DNA of 51,645 bases, filler included, from Ionaspis alba (lineage: Eukaryota): the NCBI GenBank assembly GCA_964255285.1. It is 2 parts of 2 records of this genome, joined end to end, with 100 filler letters (N's around TTAATTAATTAA, not from the genome) between each part and the next. Parts side by side here need not be neighbours in the genome. Positions count along the whole stretch, not along the records: positions 25,891 to 51,645 come from CAXUUL010000155.1; 1 more part is not named here. One strand, given 5' to 3'. Below the pieces are notes generated by a model that saw nothing but the letters and a program-made list of their open reading frames with translations, had not been told where the DNA came from and searched no databases. Below are positions 39,969-49,881 of the stretch, one piece after another. Each line of letters begins with the position of its first letter. The first letter of the stretch is position 1. Made by a program: the position numbers and the translations under genes.

Positions 39969-40817
39969 GTTTTGGGAACTGCTCGGATCGTCAATTTTCG
40001 GGATTACTGTTGTTTTTGTCTTCTGGATCTTGCGACATACCCTGTTCTGTATGCACCACATAGCGTGGCGTTTGCTGGAGATGATGGCGCAGTTGGTACC
40101 GAGTCATGTCTACGATGCTATTTGTTTACACCACTTGCCTGAAATGATCCTTTGCATTTTGCACGCGGATTTTCCGCCTGGTTTTGAGTATGTTCGCCGT
40201 GCTCCGATTGGCGGATGGCTGTTAGATCTTATATCAACTGTTTTAGTCAAGAGGTGGAATCTCGATACGTTCCAGTACCGTCATATCGACTTGGACTAAG
40301 AATAGATATTTGGCCTAAAATTCTCTCAAAGGTTGCTACAACCTGAACCTCACTTAAATACTTAGGGAAACGTCTAGAAATTATTACAAGACTGCACGTT
40401 TCTTGGCTAATAGAGTGTCTCGTTGTGATGAATCCAGCAGTCCAAGCGCATGCTAATAAATAGACCACCCTCAGAAACCTGACGTGAACCACTTTCTTCT
40501 CGATGTTCCTCTGCGGCACAGGTGTAATCTGAAAACAGCAGTTACAATCTATCAGCAGAGTGAAGGAAAGGATAAAACAACATACAAGCCATAGCCAGCA
40601 CGTCGAAAGGTGCATGATTTCACTGCTTTACTGAACGCATTCTGCCCCAAGGGCTTCCCTTTATTTTTCATATGAGTAGATAGGAATTTTATTTCAAGTC
40701 ACACTTCCCTGGACATAAAATCCCGGCATTGATCTTCTTGTCCACAGGAAGGTTTACGACGCCAAGAAGAGTTTACCATTCATTATACTACAGAGCCAAA
40801 CCACAAAGCCCGCACGA

Positions 40818-42088
40818 TCACACCACCGTCTCCGAGGCCTCCCCTTCCGCCACAACAGGGACATTAAGCCCACGATCCGGACTCCTCAAAACAAGCTGCT
40901 CATGCCTCCTCGCCTTGATGAAATCCGTCACAGCCCTGATCAAAACAAACCATCCGGCAATCATCAACATATATGCGAACCACTCGCTCGCCGGAAACCC
41001 CCCTCCATGCCCCGTAGCCACAGCATTCCCAGCCTGTCCCGCCGCAACAGCCGCAGCAGCACCCGAACTCGCCACAGCACTGGGATCAAAGCTATGACTA
41101 TTCGGATCCTGAGGCTGCTCATACTGGGCAGCCGCCGCGGGAGGCTCGCCACCGCCTCTCCGAGACGAGGACCCCTTCACGTAGAAGCCGTACTGCACAA
41201 GCGTGATACCGAGACCAGCTCGGGAGCCGTTCTTGGCCGCGTGCGTCGTGTGCAAGAGGTAGGTGAGCAGGAAGCCGACGAGCTGGAAGGACATGCTGAT
41301 GACGCCGTTCCAGGCGAAGGAAAAGAGCGAGCCGACGGGGAGACCGTCCACGTATACTTCGTCGGAGATCATGCCGGGGGCTAGGATCGTTGTTTCCCAG
41401 TAAGGGGGTGTGGCGTCTGCGGCGGCTTGTTCGTAGCTCTGGGAGGTGGGTTAGTTGTGCATGGATCTCGGGATCTTGGGATTGGGGGTACGTACTGGAG
41501 GGTGCTCTTCGAGCTTTTCGCCGCGTTCGGGTTTGGCGTTTAGATTCGCGAAGACGCCGTCGTTGGAGGAGGAGAAGGGCATTGGTGCTGTGGCGCCGTT
41601 GCCCGGCCGCGCTCTGGTAGTTGTTGGAGGGGCGGGAGTAGTATCGAACCGTGGCAGCTCCGTGATCCTTCGTTCGAAGCCTGGTGCTGCATCGCTTCGA
41701 GAGCTTCCACTGGAGGCGGTGGTCCCAGTTGGCCGCATCAAGCGCTGTCTATCGTCGCTTCCCGCCTCTTCGTCATCGTCTGAACCGGCTCCGTCATCGA
41801 AGGTATCTGCTAATGTTCTGTCTACATCGCCGGAAATCAGAGAAGATGTTCTTGGATGCCGTGATGCTGGAGATGAGGCTCTAGATCGAAAGGAAGGAGG
41901 AGGTGATGAGGGTATTGGTGCTGGTGTTCGTTCTTCGTCGGGTGTGGATGGCGAATCTGTGTCGTTATGAGATACCTGATCCGCACTCGTCAGTATGTAC
42001 CATAGTGGGAACGATATAGTGCTTGGATGATTGTGGATCATTATCAGAGGCTTCAAAGACGTACCCGTTCGTAACGCTGTTCGCGCAT
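40818..42088 (-). CDS. BSD2: Rsp5 adaptor / metal homeostasis protein Bsd2, 3 exons
   Basis: MREQRYER|...SPPPSF...NDGVFANLNAKP...HPP|SYEQAAADATPPYWETTI...DGLPVGS...FLLTYLLHTTHAAKNGSRAGLG; PY-type motifs and 3 TMs. Confidence 0.92.
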
Positions 42089-42509
42089 GATCAGGCTACC
42101 GGAGAGGATGTTCCTACTCCTGAGCGCCTGGAAAAGCCGGATTACTAGATTAAACTTCCGAAGGGAGGGCTCCTGGTTTGATAGAGGTCAAGGATAGGGA
42201 GCTCAAGAGGCGATTTGTGAGAGGGGGATATTATAGGTAGAGTCGAACGTTCTGGCAAAATGAACTAGGAGTATAAGAGTCGTCGTGGTTGGTGTTGGGC
42301 AACTGAATCCGTAAGCCGGGTGCGCCGCCACATGTGCATCTGGGCCAAGCATGTAATGGTACCGCGTAGTCCAAGTCACGCTAAGGTTTTATTTGAGATC
42401 TCGACGTGATGTCAACGAGTTCGAGAGAAAATGATACTAGTTATCCACTGCTCTTCTTCTAGTCGTGGTGATTGCTCGTGTCTCGAGGAACATCACAACA
42501 TCAATTAGG

Positions 42510-43044
42510 ATGTCTCGGTCGGTGAGTCTGTCATTGACATACTCCATTGTCTCGACTATCAGACTTACAACCAATGTTACCAGATTGCTCTAAAACATTA
42601 CCAACGTGCTTTATCGCAATGGCCGGTCGACGTACTACGCCCGCAATCTTCGTTTCAAGAGGCGATGCAGCACCGTATAGAGCAAAGATTTGCTGATCCC
42701 CAGGACCGTCCTCAAGACCATGTTGTTGCAAATGAAGCCCAAGCAATGCTATCATCAGCTCCTAAGCTAGATGAGAAGAAAGAGATGGAGCAGGTCAATG
42801 TGCTGTATTCGTTTCTGGAAAACAGATATATGAAAAAGGTCCGGGCTGCTCTTTCGGCCTACATATCGACAACAGAAACTAAACCGTGTCATGAGGATAG
42901 TACCCTGTTTCAGCGCGCACTATACGTCCAGCATCCAATCCCGAATACTACGACAACCTTCTCCAGGAGCTAGAAGAAGCACCCGAGCGGTCCTGGTTCG
43001 AACGATTCATTAATCAGTGGAAAGGCTATGTCCGAATGAAATGA
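42510..43044 (+). CDS. CBP6: Cytochrome b translation/complex III assembly factor Cbp6 (UQCC2 family), 3 exons (introns ~42522-42583 and 42839-42900)
   Basis: Spliced product MSRS|IALKHYQRALSQWPVDVLRP...EQVNVLYSFLENRYMKK|YPVSARTIRPASNPEYYDNLLQELEEAPERSWFERFINQWKGYVRMK*. Confidence 0.8.
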
Positions 43045-43330
43045 ATCGAAGTCTGTGAGCTGCTGGCACGACGAGTTGCGGCTTTCGAGCCCTGAACGGA
43101 AACGTCCCGCCTACTCGCGCTTGTCGATCTCCACGTGATTTCGGCTCGGCACCTCAGACATTTTAGTAAGCAGCGTAGGAGGTTAGCAGAGTGGGCTGTA
43201 TGAGATCATCACTCTCAGATCCAGCCTTGTGACACCGCGCGAGAGGCTTCGCAAGTGGGTACGTGTAACAACGTGGAACTGCTTCGGCGGAGAGTATGGA
43301 CCTATAAACGTGTGACTTTCCATACTCTCA

Positions 43331-43540
43331 AGCGCGTTGATAAGCATGTAGCCAATGAGATGTACAGTCACCCCACCCTTTTGCTNNNNNNNNNNNNNNN
43401 NNNNNNNNNNNNNNNNNNNNNNNNNNNNNNNNNNNNNNNNNNNNNNNNNNNNNNNNNNNNNNNNNNNNNNNNNNNNNNNNNNNNNAGCGCGTTGATAAGC
43501 ATGTAGCCAATGAGATGTACAGTCACCCCACCCTTTTGCT
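43331..43540. repeat. 100-N assembly gap (43386-43485) flanked by an exact 55-bp duplication; artefact
   Basis: 43331-43385 is identical to 43486-43540. Confidence 0.9.
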
Positions 43541-44127
43541 CCCTTGCTCTGACCCCGTGGGGGCCAAGCATCCTTTCTCCCTAAATATACCACAAGATTT
43601 TCACAGCCGAGACCGAGCTGCGGACATTACCTTCTTTTCTACCTTGCAGTGGCATCTTCACGCGTCGAGCTGATCAAGGTAACTTGGGCCTACGCATGCT
43701 ATTGTCTGATAAACAGCCAATGTCAATTGCTACAATCTGGACGCGTGCAGCATTGACGGCGATTCTGCATTGACAAATGTTGACAAGAGTTGAGGAATAA
43801 ATGGCGTACACTCTGCTGCGACGAAACATGCAAGCGCAAGGCTGGCGACTCAGGACAGCCCTGAAGTCACAGCTGCCGCAATCTGGCACAGGAGCTCGCA
43901 GCCGTGCCATTTACGTGTGGCAGCAAAATGTTAGTTGGCGTCTGCTGTGCAGGGGTGTTTTGCAGCCTGCCCTTCCTGCCAAATTGAAATAACTTGGACC
44001 TTCCTTCATTGCCTTTCCCCCATCTTGAATCAACTCGTCTGATGGTGACTACGCTACGAATTGCGTTCTCCAAACCTACTGAGCCTACCTTCCCGTCGGC
44101 TCTGCGGAGGTCCCTCGAAAATTCAAG

Positions 44128-47100
44128 ATGGACCCGGTCTCGGTGCTTCTCGGCTTGGGCACAGCGCTCAAAGTCGTGAGAGAAGTTGGGCAAATAATGC
44201 AAAGGATGCATCGGGACTACGAGACTCATACTGGAGGCGACAAGACCTTGCAGAGAATGGCACTGGAATGCAATATCTATGGCGAATGCATTAAGACTAT
44301 CGGTTACTGGCTCAAAAGGAATCAAAAGGCGAAGAACCTTGCTCGGCAAATGCGCACCACGCACAATGCAATCACACTTGTGCGAGACTCTATGCAGAAC
44401 GTTTTGTTGGACCTCAAGAGGTTTCGTAGCGATGATGACCAAAATTTCATTGGCAATGGCCAATCGCTATCGAGCATGAAATTGCAGCCAAAGATCTTCA
44501 TCCAATTGCTTATGAAACATGCCAAGCTGCAACTGTTTCGGGAGACCATGAAGTCCCATCTTGGTGATATGAGAGCTCATGCGGCTATTCTTCACTTGAC
44601 GCTTGGTGTAATTGAGCTGTACGGCATCCCATCCCAAAGTCTGACCTTTGAGTACCTCTGATGGTGAATTAGGACTGGCAATACCCCCGAGCAGAACGAG
44701 AAAGCGCCTGAAAAGCTGGAAGAGAAAACAGGGAAACTCGAAAGGCGATTGCTCTTTCGACAAATCATACACAAAGCCCTCGAAATTAGACGCGAAGAGG
44801 TCGCTGATCCTGGTGAAAAACAAGAGCCTGAGCAGCCTTCCTCGCAGGGTTCTTCAGCAAATACACCTCAGAGGTTGACGTTCTACGACGTTGTCCAGCT
44901 GGCACGCGAACAGGCTTTCGCAGAAAAGACGAGGGAAGGGAATGAAGATTTGATCGACATCTCTGAATCCCAGCAGTTCATGAACAGCCCTGTCACCTCG
45001 ATCAATACCTCCGATACCCACAGCCTCCACGAGCTGATGGCAACTCGGCAATCTGAATCCTGTCAAAAGCTACAAGATGAGGATGAAGCACACAAGCCCG
45101 ATGAGAATGCGAAATTACTGAGTGGCCACTCCGTAATGGCGGAGCAGGATGCAAGCTCACCACGGTTACCAGCCATTGCAGACCTACTTGGGCTCGTGGA
45201 TCTACCAGCGTCCCAAACCACTGAAAAGCCCTTACAGATGCCGATTGAATTTTCGGCTTCATCAAAGGCTCCAGACCAATATGTCCATCAGGCGTATTGG
45301 CCCATTGATGCTACACGAAGCCAGCGTGGAAATACCGATGCAAAGATCCCTCCTCTTGAGCGTGTCGTTCCTGAAGCATCGTCAGCTAGCGGTCTGGGCA
45401 TCCAAGAGAAGAGTGAGATATCTGCATCACCAGCCACTATCAACCCGTCGCGCGTATCTTTTGGACAAAGCGGCGCGTCATTGCTCGATCAAGACGACGG
45501 CGCGGATGGGAGCTCATTCTATACCTTGCCCACCAGCTCTGTCGCGCCCAGTATATTCAGTCATTCATCAATGTCGACTGGCGGGATAGCAACTTCATTG
45601 CCTGGAATTTCAGAACAGGATTCGCAGTCCCGGAACGTCTTTTTCCGGGCTTCAACCAAAAGTTCCGTTCCCACGTTACCGCCAACACTTGCTAGAAGAC
45701 CTACTTCAGGGTCTGTCGATTCTTCGATGACTAGGAAGCTAGTTCTTGACAATGATGCTCAGGGTATGGACGGTACTAGTCCTTTGTCAGCCCAGGAAGC
45801 ACCATCGCCATCGAAGCCACAGCTTCTCAACACTGAAGGTGGTTTGTCTATGAGCCCATCGCTGACACCGATACCCAACATTGATGTGCCAGATCAGCAA
45901 GGGTTCCCGTGGATCGTTCAAGCAGCACGCGATGGAAACGAAGAGATGATTCGGAAGCTCCTTGCCAATGAGGCCGACATCACAGCATCTCATGAGTCCA
46001 CGAAGCGGCATGCGTTATCCGAGGCTGCGTTCCAAGGTCACAATAAGGTCGTCGATCTTCTGATCGAGGCGGAATGTCCACTCGATCAAGTTGATGCCGA
46101 GGGCAATACGGCGCTACATCACGCCTGCCGGAAAGGGTATCTTCCTGTCGTCAAAAGTCTTCTCATAGGTGGCGCTCCCATCAACGCTGTTGATTTGGAG
46201 GGCCAGACTGCTTTACATCTCGCTATGCAAACATCTCGTCAGAACGTGGTTATGCTCTTGCTCCAGCATAACGCCAGCATAAATGCTCGAGACGCCTCAT
46301 ATCGGACACCGCTCCACATCGGAGCAGGCCAGGGCAACGTGGCCATGTGTAAGTACCTCCTCGACGAAGGCGCCCATCTCGACAGCCGACAGGCCCAGTC
46401 GAAGACACCGCTTCAACTTGCCTGTGAGGCAGGACATTATGAAACGGTGCACATGATGCTGAATCAGGCACAGCTCCATCCGACCAATATGACCTTCCTC
46501 GGTGCCTTCTTTGCTGCCGTCGAGCATGGTCAGGTGCGCATCGCCGAGTCCTTCTTTTCGCATGGCCTTAAGTTGAAGAAGCTCAAGCGAGACATCCACA
46601 AGCCTATTACCCTGGCTGCAAAGAGTGGGTATCTCGACATGGTCGATTTGATGATTCAGGAAGATTGCAACGTGAAAGCGATGGACGAGAATGGATGGAA
46701 CGCTTTGCACTTTGCAGCTTATCACGGCCATTACGAGATCATTGAACGACTTATAGGAGGTGGTGTCTCTGCCAAAGCTATCACTACTCGTAAGGCCACG
46801 CCGCTACTGCTCGCTGTCAAGGAGGGCCACTTCGCGACAGTCGAGAGATTACTTCGGGGTCATAGGGATAGTGATCACGTCAATTGGAAAGATGAGCATG
46901 GTCAAAATGCTGTGCACCATTGCGTTCGCAATGGGTCGCTCGAAATCTTCAACCTGCTTATATCGAACGGAGGAAAGGTCGGCTCCGAAAATTCCTTCGG
47001 CTGGCAACCGCTCCACATTGCTACTGCATATGGACATCTCGAACTAGTGGAAAGACTACTGCAAGAAGGAGCGAGTATCGAGGAAAAGCTCGGCTCATCT

Positions 47101-48432
47101 TCGATTAAGAGAGAACAGACGCACAGGATCGTTGAAGACGGCTATTGGGCAGAAGCGCGATGGCCTTATCCTGGTAGTCGCCCGTTGCACCTAGCCTGCG
47201 AGTACAGTCACGAGGTTGTCGCGGACTACCTTATTAGTAGAGGCGCAAAGCTGGAGACATCTTGCAGTGAAGGTTGGCGGCCTCTCCATCATGCTGCTTA
47301 CTTCGGCTCTTCCGCGTTAGTGAGCACACTCCTGAACGGTGGCGTCAATCCCCATTTAGCCACAAATGAAGGCAAGACAGCCCACGCACTCGGCTTTTGT
47401 ACTAGCGGCGCTCCTATCCCGGCGGAGGACAAAGAGCAAATAAGCAATTTGCTCAAAGACGCCATGGAGAAGGCAAAGAAGCGGACTGGCTTCAAAGTAC
47501 CTCCAGTGAGGAAAGGCAGCACAGTTGAAGAAAAGGAGAGATTGGTCAGAGCAGCAACATTTTCGAGGGATATGATGTCGAAGAGACCACACATACAGAA
47601 AGCGAAGACGATGGCACCGAGCCCAAACCCGGCTTCGGACAAGCCTAATATAGCCCGTCGCCCGATCTTGCCGCATCAGCCACACACTACACCACTGACT
47701 TCAGCAGATTCACAGCCATTAGCACAATCCTTAAATCCTTTGGATGTGGCCGTGCCCGAAGCCGACGAGGAGAAAAGTGTAGGTGCATTGATCTCGATGC
47801 CAGAAGCCACCCTCAGTAGGACCGAAACGACCGCCTCCTCCGAAAACATATCTAAAGCCATCGCACTCCAAAGCCAACAATCTCGTCGTTCAAGCATCAG
47901 CACCACCCGCTCATCCGCCTTACTGGGCTCAACTGCTGAGCCCTGCGACCAAAAAGTCAAACGGCGCCCCACATTTGGTCTTAAGAACATGAAATCGAGC
48001 GTCGACATGTCCAAATTGAATTTGGGTATGAATATGGGCAGATCCGCTGCAGAAGTGAGTAAGCATGCTTCCGATCTCGGCAAATCTACACGTGAGATCG
48101 GGAATAAGACATTAGGATGGAGTAAAGAGGTGGGCAAGGGGAGTTATGAGAAGAGCAAGGCGGGGTTTGAGGCGACCGGGAAAAGCACGAAGGAGGCTGT
48201 TCAAAAGGCGATGAAGTTTGCGAAGAAGGGAAAGATTGGCGGGAGGAATGAGGGAAAAGGGAAAGGAGGCGTGGAGGGAGACCAGAGCGTTGAGAGTGCA
48301 GAGAATGGGAAGAAAGAGAGTGAGGAGAGCAAAGAGGGTGAAGAGAGCAAAGAGGAAAACGAGGGTGATGATTCGAAGAGTGCAATGTTCACTTTGGGGG
48401 ATTTTGCTGATGATGGGAGTCAAGACTTCTGA
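44128..48432 (+). CDS. Large ankyrin-repeat protein with N-terminal HeLo-like/SesA-type domain; intron 44619-44672
   Basis: MDPVSVLLGLGTALKVV helical N-terminus; intron joins in frame to the 44749 ORF; more than 10 ankyrin repeats (GNTALHHAC, GQTALHLAM, RTPLHIGA, GWNALHFAA, GWQPLHIA, GWRPLHHAA). Confidence 0.85.
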
Positions 48433-49111
48433 AGGCTTAGGGGAATGTCGTCTACCAGCATTTTCTCGCATTTGAAGAAGCGAGCGTAACATCTGCAGCA
48501 TCTGCGAGCAGCTAATCCGTCTAGTGTCGTCTAGACACAATGCCACACGGTTCGGTGTATGCTTGTCATCACCGCCTCGTGTTGTGATTCGCCGGCACAC
48601 CATATGTCATGTCGTACGGCGAAAGAGGGGAACTAGTGTCTAATATGTAAATCGAGTAAAATACAATTTATTTAAGAATTATATTTACAACAATTAAAAC
48701 CGTTTGAAAGTTTATTTACAATTGAATTTAAATATTTTAAAACGTTTCCCTCGCAGAAGAATTCAAAAATCGGACGTTTAAATGGGCCGAAGTGCAACCG
48801 TGGGAATTCTTTTTCACCTCGAGAGTATTACCTATGTCGTCATGCTATGAACGTATACCATGTGGGTAGAATGAACAGATCTCGATCTCTCCAACGGGCT
48901 CATTAAGGCCCCTTATCACCGGCAACAGCCAGAGACGTCAGAAAGATAACCATACCCTGGCTAGAAGCAATCCCTCGCATGTACCACTCTAGAACCAAGA
49001 TGTTTCCACGTCGCTTTGCCTTGTGCAGTTCCATCATCTCTCTATACACTGGTCGAAGAGTTTCGTAAACTCATTGAATTAGAAGTCTAAGGTATTCAGT
49101 AAAAGACTGCT

Positions 49112-49241
49112 GCGAATCGAGCGATTGAGAACATCAGAGTAGTCAGCCCTGCGGCTTACATAAGTAGCAGCCGGGCCTAGACTCGCTCGATTCGCTACGT
49201 GCGATCGCTGTGCCCTCGTCCAAAATGCATGGATCGCTGTG
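49112..49241. promoter_or_regulatory. Cluster of CGAT(N)CGCT/GATC motifs upstream of frq; candidate White Collar complex light/clock element
   Basis: GCGAATCG 49112-49119 (inverted), CGATTCGCT 49188-49196, CGATCGCT 49202-49209, GGATCGCT 49231-49238; GATCGCTGTG occurs twice. Confidence 0.4.
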
Positions 49242-49881
49242 GTCGCAGCAATCGCAGCGTTTGCAAGCACAACGGCCAACACCCAAACACCCCGAAGCTC
49301 GACCTGGGATCAGGTCTTGTTAGGGGCCAACATGGAGCTCCTTGCGCTCTCTGCCTCGCTGTTCTCTCGCATCATCCTTCCCCTCCTGCCCGACTGCCTT
49401 CCTGTCTTAGCCTCGTTGTTCCATGGCCTCACTACTACTGGTCCTCGTACTGGGCCTATGCCGCCGCTGCACTTTCACTACTCCTTTCGTCCCTCAGTAC
49501 TCACCGATCCTGCGTCAATAGTCGGCCGGCTCAATCGATACCTCCGATCTCTGTACCTCGACCGTCTGCAGTCATCCTACCCGCCGTCAGCTTTCACGTG
49601 GCCATCGCGATCGGCCAGCGACAGTGCCTGCCACTCAGCAGTACTCCAAACCTTCGTTGCAGCTCGATCGAGGCGTCTGGAGGAGTGGGAGCATGCGGGC
49701 TGGACTTGGGGATATGACATCCGTGGCGGGCACCGCAGGACCATTCTGTGCAGGACGGCATTATCAATGGCAAAGTGGGCTTGAATATCCACCACTTCCC
49801 TAACCCAGGATTAAACACTACACCATTCTGAGGTCTGGCGACCGAATCGTCTTGTTGAAGGGGAGGAGGAACAATTACGAA

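Noticed and set aside
44437..44463. DQNFIGNGQ as an amyloid signalling motif (PP/sigma/HRAM)
   Set aside because: Single short occurrence inside the helical domain; lacks the repeated N/Q-G pattern
48618..48818. Possible TIRs GGCGAAAGAGG / TCTTTTTCACC around the AT-rich island
   Set aside because: Only 8/11 match and does not extend on either side
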